This document shows, one piece after another, positions 1 through 9,595 of a DNA stretch of 64,000 bases. The first letter of the stretch is position 1. The number at the start of each line of letters is the position of its first letter. Source of the stretch: Candidatus Uhrbacteria bacterium (GTDB lineage: Bacteria; Patescibacteriota; Patescibacteriia; UBA9934); NCBI GenBank assembly GCA_018664485.1, contig JABJOE010000009.1:4108-68107 (forward strand). Direction: 5' to 3'. A program made the position numbers and the translations under genes. The notes under the pieces were generated by a model. The model saw nothing but the letters and a program-made list of their open reading frames with translations. It was not told the origin of the DNA and did not search any database.

Positions 1-189
1 TGTGTAGAGAGTTTCGTCAGCACACTTAACGATATAGACATACCAGGATTTCATACCAAAACTATAGCATGCTCGATGGGCTAATCTTAAGTTAAGAATA
101 GGTATATATATGTGGTTTCTTGGCTATTTTGAGCCAATTCTAATATAAATACTAATACATAAGTTGTCTACAGGTACTCGACATAGCTA

Positions 190-218
190 TTGACAAATCT
201 TGCGTTTTGGTGTAGTAT
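190..218 (+). promoter_or_regulatory. sigma70-like promoter: TTGACA (190-195), 17-nt spacer, TAGTAT (213-218), upstream of the cold-shock gene and leaving a ~90-nt leader
   Basis: Near-consensus -35 and -10 hexamers with 17-nt spacing read directly from the sequence. A long 5' UTR is typical of csp genes. Confidence 0.55.
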
Positions 219-305
219 AGTGCTGTGCAAACGTAGTCGAAGTGGAGATCCGCGGATTTTCCTACGTCAGGCGAAATTTGCGGCTAATTCACAAATCAAC
301 TACCT

Positions 306-503
306 ATGACTGGTTCAATTAAACGATTGACAGACAAGGGGTTCGGTTTCATCGCTATCGAAGGTGAAGAGAAGGACTTGTTCTTCCACTCATCATCACT
401 AATCGATGTTACATTTGACGAACTTCAGGAAGGTGACGAAGTTACATTTGAGACTGAGGATTCTGACAAGGGTCCACGTGCTACAAATGTGCAACGTGCC
501 TAA
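306..503 (+). CDS. cold-shock protein (CspA family, S1-like cold-shock domain)
   Basis: 65 aa. KGFGFI (RNP1-like) and FFH (RNP2-like) motifs, the size typical of the Csp family. Confidence 0.9.
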   Translation: MTGSIKRLTDKGFGFIAIEGEEKDLFFHSSSLIDVTFDELQEGDEVTFETEDSDKGPRATNVQRA

Positions 504-571
504 ACCTATTTTCAAAGGCCATCCCGTAAAACGGATGGTTTTTGGTTTTTATGTGATAGAGTGTCATCGAT

Positions 572-2386
572 ATGCCGCATCCATTAGTTGAGGGACACAA
601 GATTAAGAAGGCTTACGGTCTTCAGGTTGTGCTAGATGACCTTTCTTTTTTAATTACGGAGAAACAGAAAATAGCTTTGATAGGTCGAAACGGAGCGGGG
701 AAGTCAACACTTTTAAAAATATTGATGGATCAGGAAGAGTCTGATTTTGGAGACGTTAAGTTTTATTCCCAGGCAAGAGTAGGGGTAGTGAAACAGCATG
801 AAGTACTGCCAGACGATATATCTACGCTTGAATACCTTGAAACAAGTAGCCAAAAGCCTGAATGGAAAATCAGAAAGCAAGCGTCTCAGTTTGGGCTTCA
901 AAAAGATCATCTTGATCTGGCTCCGAATCTTCTTTCGGGCGGATATCAGATGCGCGTAAAGCTTGTGTCGATGTTGCTACTTGAACCGAATCTCTTACTA
1001 CTCGATGAGCCGGTAAACTATCTAGACCTACAAACGTTGATCCTGCTTGAAAAGTTCCTACAGAAATATAGCGGTTCTTTTGTTCTGGCGGCACATGACA
1101 GAACTTTTTTGCAGAATACATGTACTCATACTTTCGAGATCGAGCGCGGTAAACTTACAAGCTACAAGGGTACAGTACAGGACTATCTCGCTTTTAAAGC
1201 CGAACAGCTGCAATTTGAGCTGCGTAATAACAAGCGACTTTCACGCGAGATTGCGCATCAGCAGAAGTTCGTAGATCGCTTCCGTTACAAGGCCAGTCTC
1301 GCTTCACGTGCACAAAATAAAATCAAACACATCAGCAAGCTTCGATCCAAGATCTCACATATCGACTCATCCCTTGCAACAACAAAAATCACTATCCCGT
1401 CTCCTCAATTCGTCGCTGGTATTGCGATCCAGGTTGAAGAACTGTCAATTGGTTATGGCGATCATGTAGTTGCTGATGGTATAGGTCTTGAAATTATCAG
1501 AGGTGAGAAGGTGGTTATTGCCGGTGAAAATGGACGAGGCAAATCAACACTACTAAAAACACTAGCTGGTCACATTGAACCGTTATCGGGAAAGCTTAAA
1601 TGGTGGCATAAGGCTGACATTGGATATTACGACCAACACACAGCGGCAACTCTGAAAAGATCTGAATCAGTTTTGGAATACCTTACTCGAATGGCGCCAG
1701 CAAACGCATCGAGTGAGCGCCTGTTGATGATGGCTGGAAATTTTCTGTTCAGAGATGATGATTTAGACAAAAAGACGAGTGTATTAAGTGGAGGAGAACG
1801 TGCAAGACTTTGTCTGGCCGGTGTTTTATTACATGAACATAACGTACTCCTCTTGGACGAACCCACCAACCACCTTGATGTTGAGACAACTGAAGCGCTC
1901 GCGCTCGCGCTAAAAGAGTACAGTGGAACGGTAATTGTTATCTCTCACGCCCGAACATTTATCAATAGTTTGGTTGATAAGGTATTCGAAATCCGAGGCG
2001 GGTCCCTCAGGCGCTATATGGGGCCTTACGAGGAATATGTGGATGATTTGGCGTCATTGATGGAAGAATCGACTATGGATGAGCCTGATGATGCTGACAA
2101 CAGTAAAAAAGGACCATCGTCACAACAAAAGGCAGAAATTCACCGACGGATCAAAGAACATCAAAGACCCCAAGAAAGAGCTGATAAAGCTATAAAATTG
2201 ATAGATAAAGAGAAAAGTGAGATTCATGCCTATTTCTTTGAAAATCCTACTGATTATTCTCCTGTAAAGTCCAGAAGACTCATTGAACTGAACACATTAA
2301 TGGAGGATCATGAGAAAACATGGCTAACTGCGCAGGAAGAAATTGAGGTTCTAAGGTGCCAATCCGAAGGAGAAACCTTGACATAA
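572..2386 (+). CDS. ABC-F family ATPase (two tandem ABC cassettes, no transmembrane domain); translation-factor / ribosome-protection type
   Basis: Two Walker A motifs (GRNGAGKST, GENGRGKST), two LSGG signature motifs, and an inter-domain linker. The C-terminal part is a charged coiled-coil-like extension. Confidence 0.85.
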   Translation: MPHPLVEGHKIKKAYGLQVVLDDLSFLITEKQKIALIGRNGAGKSTLLKILMDQEESDFGDVKFYSQARVGVVKQHEVLPDDISTLEYLETSSQKPEWKIRKQASQFGLQKDHLDLAPNLLSGGYQMRVKLVSMLLLEPNLLLLDEPVNYLDLQTLILLEKFLQKYSGSFVLAAHDRTFLQNTCTHTFEIERGKLTSYKGTVQDYLAFKAEQLQFELRNNKRLSREIAHQQKFVDRFRYKASLASRAQNKIKHISKLRSKISHIDSSLATTKITIPSPQFVAGIAIQVEELSIGYGDHVVADGIGLEIIRGEKVVIAGENGRGKSTLLKTLAGHIEPLSGKLKWWHKADIGYYDQHTAATLKRSESVLEYLTRMAPANASSERLLMMAGNFLFRDDDLDKKTSVLSGGERARLCLAGVLLHEHNVLLLDEPTNHLDVETTEALALALKEYSGTVIVISHARTFINSLVDKVFEIRGGSLRRYMGPYEEYVDDLASLMEESTMDEPDDADNSKKGPSSQQKAEIHRRIKEHQRPQERADKAIKLIDKEKSEIHAYFFENPTDYSPVKSRRLIELNTLMEDHEKTWLTAQEEIEVLRCQSEGETLT

Positions 2387-2424
2387 ATGCTTTTTCACTG
2401 TAGTATTCCGCTCTATTACAGTGA

Positions 2425-2883
2425 ATGAAAAATATGAGCAAATTTGACAGAGATCCAAGAAAAACAAAGAGCCGACCAAAAACATCTTTCAGCGACTACT
2501 CCAATGGTAAAGCTGGACGTTTCGGTGCTGGTAAAAAGACTAGTTACCGATCAAAATGTAGCGGATGTGGAAACGGATGTACCGTTCCATTCAAGCCAAC
2601 AGGACGAAAACCTGTATTGTGTGGTAGCTGTTTCGGAGGAAATAGAGGTCGCGAAAAGCGTGGAGGATTTGATAATAAACGATCATTTGGAGGGTCTCAC
2701 GATAAGCGATCATCTAGCTCAACTTTAAAGTCTGATATTAGTTCGATCAACAGAAAGCTAGACCGGATCATGGAGCTACTTGGTGAAAAGCCTTCTGCAC
2801 CATCAAGACACTCTACACCTTCAAGAACTTCAAGACCATCACGACCGGCAAAATCATCAGACGATTTTAGCTTCGACAACTAA
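2425..2883 (+). CDS. small basic zinc-ribbon protein (CxxC-x17-CxxC) with a Ser/Pro/Arg-rich tail; function unknown
   Basis: Very basic N-terminus, C-S-G-C-G ... C-G-S-C four-Cys ribbon, low-complexity C-terminus. The start could be 2425 or 2434. Confidence 0.5.
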   Translation: MKNMSKFDRDPRKTKSRPKTSFSDYSNGKAGRFGAGKKTSYRSKCSGCGNGCTVPFKPTGRKPVLCGSCFGGNRGREKRGGFDNKRSFGGSHDKRSSSSTLKSDISSINRKLDRIMELLGEKPSAPSRHSTPSRTSRPSRPAKSSDDFSFDN

Positions 2884-2886
2884 AGT

Positions 2887-2919
2887 AAAAAAAGAGGCAC
2901 CCGATTGGGCGCTTCTTTT
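2887..2919. terminator. bidirectional rho-independent terminator shared by convergent genes
   Basis: GC hairpin (gaggcaccc gatt gggcgcttc) flanked by an A-run on one side and a T-run on the other, between the stops at 2883 (+) and 2920 (-). Confidence 0.5.
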
Positions 2920-4377
2920 TTATTTCAGCAATGTTCCTAGGTTGAGCCGACTATCAAATCTGATCTGTTCGACGAACTCTTCCGAGTGACTCACCATAAT
3001 GAGACATCCTTCGTAATCATTCAGCGCTTTTGCAATGATAGGAAGGTGGCGGAAGTTAATATGGTTTGTAGGCTCATCACAAATGAGCAGGTCTGGCTTT
3101 TGAAGAACGAATCTAGCAAAGCTCAGCAATCCTTTCTGACCTTCTGACAATGCTCCAACCGGAGTCTGTAATGCGTCTCCACTTAGAAGGAAACGGCCGG
3201 CAGCGTGTCGGATTGCCTGGTCATCAGCTTCATACATGACAGAACCAAGTGACTTGTATGTAGTTTCTGAAAAGTCTAGTCCCGAGAAATCCTGTTTGTA
3301 ATATCCAACTGTCACACCTTTTGAAATTGCGGCACCTGGATCTTCATTATTTGCTAAATTACGTAGTAAAGTACTTTTACCGATACCGTTTGGTCCAGTA
3401 ACAAGTAAGTGATGCTTTCGGCGAAGTAGGTGTTCAACGTCAACTTCATGAGCCTCATTGTCCTTTATTACCTTAACCTTAGTCAGGCTCACTACAACCT
3501 CTTTAAATGGTGGGGCATCGATTGTAAACGGTGCAATAGTCTTGTCATCACGACGAACACCAACCATATTCTTTTCAGCTTCAGCAATTTCATCCTTCAG
3601 CTTACTCGCAAGCTTACGCATCTTTCCACCCTTGTGGGCGAAGAAGTTTACTTTGTCTTTACGATCTTGAATGGTTTTTAGGAGCTGTGCATTTTTCGCA
3701 CGGTCACGCTCAACCTTTGCAGCGATCTCCTCTACAACGTCAGTATAGTTTCCTTTATATTTCTCGATCTTTCCAGTAAATACGTCCAGGTGCAAAACAC
3801 CTTCCGTAAAGCTATTTAAGAAATCTGCATCATGCGAAATCACCAAAACAGTCTTTGGATACATGATTAGGAACACAGTTAGATGATCAATCCCTTCACG
3901 ATCCAAGTTATTAGTTGGCTCATCAAGTAAAAGAATGTCTGGCTGCTGGATTACAGCATATGCAAGAAGAAGCCGAGCTTGCTGACCACCGGATAGTTCT
4001 CCAACGATTTTATCGTAATCAACTTTGAAGTTTACGACCTCCAGAGCGTCTGCAATGAGTTTGTCTATGTTTCGCGGTACTTCCTCGAAAGCATGCTCAA
4101 AGTACTCACGTACGGTCTGTGTGAGATGCTCACGGGCCATTACCTGCTTTGAAGTAGCGATTGTTGCGCCCTTTGCGAAGTGGATGTTTCCGCGGTCAGG
4201 CTCAAGTTCTCCTGTGATCAATTTAAAAAGGGTACTTTTACCAGCACCATTCTGCCCCATGAGGGTAAACTTGGCATCCTGACGAACAGAAAAATTCGCC
4301 TCATCCATGATGCGATTTTCCTGGGTATATCCGAAAACAACGTCTTCGAACCTGAGAACTACATTTGATTGTGACAT
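2920..4377 (-). CDS. ABC-F family ATPase, second copy (two ABC cassettes, 485 aa)
   Basis: Walker A GQNGAGKST and GPNGIGKST, LSGGQ and LSEGQ signatures, no TM segments. Convergent with the zinc-ribbon gene. Confidence 0.8.
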   Translation of the reverse strand: MSQSNVVLRFEDVVFGYTQENRIMDEANFSVRQDAKFTLMGQNGAGKSTLFKLITGELEPDRGNIHFAKGATIATSKQVMAREHLTQTVREYFEHAFEEVPRNIDKLIADALEVVNFKVDYDKIVGELSGGQQARLLLAYAVIQQPDILLLDEPTNNLDREGIDHLTVFLIMYPKTVLVISHDADFLNSFTEGVLHLDVFTGKIEKYKGNYTDVVEEIAAKVERDRAKNAQLLKTIQDRKDKVNFFAHKGGKMRKLASKLKDEIAEAEKNMVGVRRDDKTIAPFTIDAPPFKEVVVSLTKVKVIKDNEAHEVDVEHLLRRKHHLLVTGPNGIGKSTLLRNLANNEDPGAAISKGVTVGYYKQDFSGLDFSETTYKSLGSVMYEADDQAIRHAAGRFLLSGDALQTPVGALSEGQKGLLSFARFVLQKPDLLICDEPTNHINFRHLPIIAKALNDYEGCLIMVSHSEEFVEQIRFDSRLNLGTLLK

Positions 4378-4457
4378 AAGGCAAGTTTATACCATGATCA
4401 TACAAATAAAGCTAGTATACTGGTATAATGTTGATGATTATACAGTTAAACTGATAC

Positions 4458-5060
4458 ATGATTAAAAGAGGTGAAAAACCTAACGTTGAAATGGGGGCAG
4501 AGGTAGAAGAGGTCGAGGTAATTGATGCGGATCACATTCGCAGCATCATTGAGCAGTTGTCCATATGTACAGTTGGTCAAAACGCGGCAAAGGACCTTGC
4601 TTATGAAGAGTATGATGAGACTGATAAAACAGATGAAGATCATGACAGGCTAAGTGAACGTATACAGGAACTTGGCGGGGAATATTGGACTCTTGCAAAG
4701 AATTTGCGCGAAGAATTGGATAAAGCATTTGCGGCGTTCAAAGAAAGAGAAAAAAGTGACAGCACCCAAGCTCCACAGGGTGACTACCGGGTATGGGTAA
4801 CATATCCTCACAAAACAAAGGGTTCTACAGAGAAAAAAATTGGTATTGGATCAGTAAAAGTATCGGAGAATCAACCTGCCACAATTGGCGAGCTGAAAGC
4901 TAGATCGAGAGGAGCTATCTCTATGGAAGGACTTCATAACAGTTATGCAGAGTTTAATGACGAGGGTTTGGCAGAGGTACAGTATAGGATGGTGGATGGT
5001 GATGAGTCTGAGCTTTTCGACTCTACAACGTGGATTACACGAGGCGGTCAAATAAGATAA
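4458..5060 (+). CDS. hypothetical acidic protein
   Basis: 200-aa ORF with a TATAAT-like -10 upstream. No recognisable motif. Confidence 0.45.
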   Translation: MIKRGEKPNVEMGAEVEEVEVIDADHIRSIIEQLSICTVGQNAAKDLAYEEYDETDKTDEDHDRLSERIQELGGEYWTLAKNLREELDKAFAAFKEREKSDSTQAPQGDYRVWVTYPHKTKGSTEKKIGIGSVKVSENQPATIGELKARSRGAISMEGLHNSYAEFNDEGLAEVQYRMVDGDESELFDSTTWITRGGQIR

Positions 5061-5140
5061 TTTGGTGACTAAAAGAACTCGTATTTTGCGAGTTCTTTTA
5101 TATCCTTGAAATCAAAAAACCCTGCGACTGCCGCAGAGTT

Positions 5141-6418
5141 TTATTTCTTCTTCTGTCGTGGTGAGAACTGTCTTCCACTTCGTCCGCCACCCCCGCTTCT
5201 ACGACCACCTCCACCTCGTCCACTTCGTCGTCCTCGACCGTATCTACTCTTTGACCGGCCTGAAGGAAGTGTTTTTGAGATTGAATCAAGATCTTCACCT
5301 GTGTGTGACTTGATTGGAAGAATCATGTCAATAAGCCGTTGGATAGTTGCGATATCACCTTTCTGATCAGATGTTGCAAACGAAATTGCTTTACCATGCT
5401 TTCCTGCACGACCAGTTCTACCGATACGGTGAACGTAATCATCAGCCTGTTCTGGAAGATCAAAGTTGATAACCAGTGGCAAGTCGTCAATATCAATCCC
5501 ACGCGCTGCGATGTCAGTTGCAACCATTACTCGGAACTTGCGTGTAGCAAATCCCTTCAAAGCCTTCTGTCGCTGTCCCTGCGAGCGGTTAGAGTGAAGT
5601 TCGTCAGCGGTATAACCCATCTTACGAACTCTCTCAGCGATCTTCTTAGCACCATGTTTAGTTCGACTGAATACTAGTACAGACCCCTTGTTCTCCTTCA
5701 AAATTCGCTCAAGTAGGTCAAGCTTTCCTGAACGAGGAACGATAATCATCTCCTGCTCAATAGTATCAACAGTTGTACCAGGGCGAGCAACCTCAACACG
5801 AAGAGGCTTTTTCATATACTGACGAGCGATCTCAGTAATTTCCTTAGGCATCGTTGCCGAGAAAAGCATTGTCTGACGATCGTCAGGAACGAATTCCAAA
5901 ATAGTACGCAGCTGAGGAGCAAATCCCATGTCGAGCATGCGGTCAGCCTCATCCAACACAAGAATACCAACGTTTCTCAAAGAAATAACCTTTGATTCAA
6001 CGTGGTCAATAAGTCGTCCAGGAGTTGCAACGATTACATGTGGTCGTGCTTTTAGCTTTCGAATCTGTGGTCGTGGGTTTGTTCCACCGATAACGAGTGC
6101 CGTACGAAGACCAACCGATCCACCAACCTTTCGAAGAGTCTCTTCAACCTGAACAGCGAGCTCACGAGTAGGCAGTAAAACCAATCCCATCTTCTTTTGC
6201 GTAGATACAATCTGAAGCATTGGGATAGAAAAGGCTAGAGTTTTTCCTGATCCGGTCTGCGCCACACCTACAACGTCCTCTCCGGAAGTTGCAATTGGAA
6301 TAGCTTGATGTTGGATCGGAGTAGGGTGCTTAAAACCAAGCGCAGCGATGCGCTTGAGCAGTCCTGGTGAGATACCAAGTCCCTCGAAACTCTTCTTTTC
6401 AAGTTCGTCTCTAGACAT
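5141..6418 (-). CDS. DEAD-box ATP-dependent RNA helicase with a C-terminal RGG/arginine-glycine-rich tail
   Basis: Q-motif, AQTGSGKT (Walker A), PTRELA, DEAD, SAT and HRIGRTGR motifs. The tail is RGRRSGRGGGGRRSGGGGRSGR. Start chosen at MSRDELEK (ATG at 6416-6418) rather than the longer ORF start at 6490. Confidence 0.9.
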   Translation of the reverse strand: MSRDELEKKSFEGLGISPGLLKRIAALGFKHPTPIQHQAIPIATSGEDVVGVAQTGSGKTLAFSIPMLQIVSTQKKMGLVLLPTRELAVQVEETLRKVGGSVGLRTALVIGGTNPRPQIRKLKARPHVIVATPGRLIDHVESKVISLRNVGILVLDEADRMLDMGFAPQLRTILEFVPDDRQTMLFSATMPKEITEIARQYMKKPLRVEVARPGTTVDTIEQEMIIVPRSGKLDLLERILKENKGSVLVFSRTKHGAKKIAERVRKMGYTADELHSNRSQGQRQKALKGFATRKFRVMVATDIAARGIDIDDLPLVINFDLPEQADDYVHRIGRTGRAGKHGKAISFATSDQKGDIATIQRLIDMILPIKSHTGEDLDSISKTLPSGRSKSRYGRGRRSGRGGGGRRSGGGGRSGRQFSPRQKKK

Positions 6419-6658
6419 GAAGGGGCAAGGATAGCTTAAATTATTCTTTTTGTCAATTATTATTAGTAAATAGAGATCATTTTTGGGCAATAAATATCAA
6501 TCCTGCAGGTCTTTTTGCAATAATTACCCATATTCGTATAGATACTGAAGCCACCACAACATCGGTACTTTTAATTGATTTCGGAATATAAAGTGCGTTT
6601 AGGATTAATTTATGTATGGTTACTTTTTTGTTTTAAAAGAAAGAAGTAAAATGTATGT

Positions 6659-7045
6659 ATGTTAAATATACAAACATCTACTAAACCAGTTAGGTTACTT
6701 TATTTCTGGATTGGAATACTTGCAGCCGTTGCATATCGGGCGATTATTGTGCTCAACTTTTTTGAGCCAATTTGGGTGAAGGTTGCCTGGTACGTTGGTA
6801 CAATTGGGTTCATTTTTTACTTCTGGAGTCGGTATCGCGTAGTAAAACAGTTTTCAAAACTTATACACGAACAAAAGTTGGTCAGTGCGGTAAAAAAGGC
6901 GGGGAACATAACAACAGACCAAAAGCAGGCCCTGTCACATATAATCGAAACTTTGCGAACGACCAAGGCTCAACTCAATTACGAGATCATATTCGTACTA
7001 TCTATTGTAGCGTTAGTGATTGGTGTAGTTTTAGATTTTCTGTAA
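6659..7045 (+). CDS. hypothetical small membrane protein (3 predicted TM helices)
   Basis: Hydrophobic segments. Divergent from the helicase gene. Confidence 0.45.
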   Translation: MLNIQTSTKPVRLLYFWIGILAAVAYRAIIVLNFFEPIWVKVAWYVGTIGFIFYFWSRYRVVKQFSKLIHEQKLVSAVKKAGNITTDQKQALSHIIETLRTTKAQLNYEIIFVLSIVALVIGVVLDFL

Positions 7046-7067
7046 AAGAAGACCATTTATTGTTCAT

Positions 7068-7862
7068 ATGAAATATTTAGCAATCGTGATCCTTATTGGA
7101 AGCGCCGGATGTAATATTCCGCACGAAACATATTTAGACGTAGCAAACGATGACATAGTGGAAAATAGCACCTTCGAGGTCATGGCCTCCGATTTACCTG
7201 ACGACTTCTATGAGATTACGTACGATGATATTGGTGCAATCGTACATTTGGATTCCGATTGTGTACTAAGTGCTGACGATGCAATTGAAACAGCACAGAT
7301 AAATGAAAATAATTTCATAGGTGTATCATCTTGGTTTGCATCCAGCTTCAAAACATTAAACGAGGATCAAATTTTTTATAAAGCTGATTTCATTCGGACT
7401 GATTCTGCATATCATGAAGAGAGCCTGGTGCGTAGATCTTTTATAAAATGTTCTTTTGCGGATATTGGGCAAGGTAGATCGGTTGATACATATCTAAATT
7501 ATTCCCGTGAAGTAGATAACGTCATGATCGGTACCCTTCATGATGATATTACGGTTCAAAATGTAAGGGTCCTCACCGAAATGATACAAGCTTATTTTGT
7601 AGCTGCAGATGGAGACAACCGAGAAGTACTAACGGAAAATGTATTCGAAGATGAATATTTCATAAGTATCAGCTTCAAAAAATATGACCTGGAAGACGTG
7701 AGGTCTGAAGAATGGGGGTCTGGAAACAAAGCCTGTTATTACCTAAGCTACATTAATTCAGAGTTCACAGTCGACAAGTATTCAGGTGCAGTATGGCTCA
7801 GTCAAGCATCGGACGAAGTAGTGGCGCTTGACTGCCTTAAAAACCCGACAACAACCAATTAG
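7068..7862 (+). CDS. hypothetical lipoprotein
   Basis: Signal peptide ending in the lipobox-like IGSAGC. Acidic mature region. Confidence 0.55.
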   Translation: MKYLAIVILIGSAGCNIPHETYLDVANDDIVENSTFEVMASDLPDDFYEITYDDIGAIVHLDSDCVLSADDAIETAQINENNFIGVSSWFASSFKTLNEDQIFYKADFIRTDSAYHEESLVRRSFIKCSFADIGQGRSVDTYLNYSREVDNVMIGTLHDDITVQNVRVLTEMIQAYFVAADGDNREVLTENVFEDEYFISISFKKYDLEDVRSEEWGSGNKACYYLSYINSEFTVDKYSGAVWLSQASDEVVALDCLKNPTTTN

Positions 7863-7894
7863 ACTTTCAACAATATTCTCTGTACGATCACGTC

Positions 7895-8401
7895 ATGAAA
7901 CTTATTATCATCAACGGCCCTTGTGGAGTTGGAAAAAGTACTTTGGCTGAACAAATTCATGCCGATATTCCGCTGTCTTTCCTGATGGATAGTTATGCGC
8001 AGATTCGATGCATTAGTAACTATCAAAATTTTGGCGAAGAACGGTGGGAGATGACTGTAGCTATTGCAAACTCTCTCATTGACTCAATGCTTGGACTTGG
8101 GCGCGACGTGGTTGTAGACATGATGGTCTACTCATCAGAGGTTCTGGACTTCTTCTACGAAATTGCAAAAAGGCATGGCGCGGAAGTTCATGAAATTCTA
8201 CTAACCGCACCTCGAGACATCGTTATTGGTCGTGCTGAAAAAAGAGGTTGGCATGGTGGACTTTTATCACGTGAAAAAGTTGGCTACATTTGGGATAGGC
8301 TAGAAGGTCTAAAAGAGCTGAGAGATAAAGCAAATCTAATTGATACAAACGACAGGGAGGTTTCTGAAATTTATACTGAAGTGAAAGATCTGATAAAATA
8401 G
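7895..8401 (+). CDS. P-loop NTPase / small-molecule or nucleoside kinase-like protein
   Basis: N-terminal IIINGPCGVGKST Walker A, 168 aa, adenylate/chloramphenicol-kinase-like size. Confidence 0.55.
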   Translation: MKLIIINGPCGVGKSTLAEQIHADIPLSFLMDSYAQIRCISNYQNFGEERWEMTVAIANSLIDSMLGLGRDVVVDMMVYSSEVLDFFYEIAKRHGAEVHEILLTAPRDIVIGRAEKRGWHGGLLSREKVGYIWDRLEGLKELRDKANLIDTNDREVSEIYTEVKDLIK

Positions 8402-8947
8402 ATGTATATGATAAAAGGACTTTTCAAGACCTGGAACACTGAACTTCGCTACGGATTGATAATGGTTGGAGCTACATTACTTTGGATGGTCGGCGAGAAC
8501 ATTATGGTATCCGTATTCAACCACCCAGAATGGGGAGAGATTACCGGTTCATTTTCCATCATCATTCCCGTCACGGCGTACTGGATGCTGCTAACGTACT
8601 TGCGTAAACGCGATAAAGCCCTTCAGTGGCAAACGGCAATTCGATCTTGTGCGGTAATGACCCTAGCATTCGCTGTCGTCGGTGCTATCGTTACATACTT
8701 TTACATTTTGTATATTCCACAGCCAATTGAAAGTTACCTTACATATCTACAATCAACCCTAGAGCTAAAAGGTCAAAGTGCTGAGCAGATTTCCTCAACT
8801 GTTTCTGAGATGAGAGAGCTCTTCGCCCCACACTTTCAAGCAACAATTCTATTTCTTAGCTCGTTTGTGACGGGTGCTATCCTTACGTTTGGACTAACTC
8901 TCATACAGCGAAAAAAAGTTACACAGAAAACATCCAGCGAAAAATAA
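8402..8947 (+). CDS. hypothetical membrane protein (about 4 TM helices)
   Basis: Hydrophobic profile. Start abuts the kinase stop. Confidence 0.45.
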   Translation: MYMIKGLFKTWNTELRYGLIMVGATLLWMVGENIMVSVFNHPEWGEITGSFSIIIPVTAYWMLLTYLRKRDKALQWQTAIRSCAVMTLAFAVVGAIVTYFYILYIPQPIESYLTYLQSTLELKGQSAEQISSTVSEMRELFAPHFQATILFLSSFVTGAILTFGLTLIQRKKVTQKTSSEK

Positions 8948-8951
8948 AGCT

Positions 8952-9383
8952 ATGACAAAAGAGCTTCCAATTATAGAAGTCGACGTTGCTGTAGCGTTTG
9001 CAAAACGAGATGGCAAAATTCTACTCATACAGCGAAAAGACACAGAAGGAATTTGGGACAAAAAATGGGAATTTCCAGGAGGGAAGATAGAGGAAGGTGA
9101 GAGTAAAGAGGCCGCCATGATTCGCGAATTGCGCGAAGAAACTGGATTGGAGGTAAAAGAACAAGTATTCCTAGGTAACCATGTTCACGACTGGGTACTG
9201 TCAGAAAAAATCATGCGCGTTGATCTACATATATTTAAATGTGATATGAAAGATGGGGATGTTGAACATGAACAGCATAGCGCCTACCAAACGCACTGGG
9301 TAACACCTAAAGAAGCGGCCACCTACGACTTACTTGAAGCAAACCAATACCTCATAAATAAATTCATGCACGAGCTCACTTAA
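8952..9383 (+). CDS. NUDIX hydrolase (MutT-like)
   Basis: Nudix box GGKIEEGESKEAAMIRELREETGLEV (GX5EX7REUXEEXGU). Confidence 0.8.
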   Translation: MTKELPIIEVDVAVAFAKRDGKILLIQRKDTEGIWDKKWEFPGGKIEEGESKEAAMIRELREETGLEVKEQVFLGNHVHDWVLSEKIMRVDLHIFKCDMKDGDVEHEQHSAYQTHWVTPKEAATYDLLEANQYLINKFMHELT

Positions 9384-9393
9384 TTGCAGACAT

Positions 9394-9594
9394 ATGGACA
9401 ATCTTTTCTTGGGAGAACTATTACAAACAATTGGTGAGCTAGCTCTTGCGTATACGGTTCTACGCGTACACCATGGTGTTATGACAGAGAAGCATATTGA
9501 TAAAAAAGTCATCCTAAGCATGAAAAGTGAACAGTTTATTGGGATGATGGGTGTAATTTTGATTATAATTGGTTTCCTAATTCGATGGATTTAA
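9394..9594 (+). CDS. hypothetical small membrane protein
   Basis: 66-aa ORF with a C-terminal hydrophobic helix. Weak. Confidence 0.3.
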   Translation: MDNLFLGELLQTIGELALAYTVLRVHHGVMTEKHIDKKVILSMKSEQFIGMMGVILIIIGFLIRWI

Positions 9595-9595
9595 T

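Noticed and set aside
2444-2728. Alternative-frame ORF (94 aa) inside the zinc-ribbon gene and ORF 5106..5366 opposite the helicase RGG tail
   Set aside because: These overlap better-supported genes. The Pro/Arg-rich translation is the expected antisense artefact of a Gly/Arg-coding repeat.
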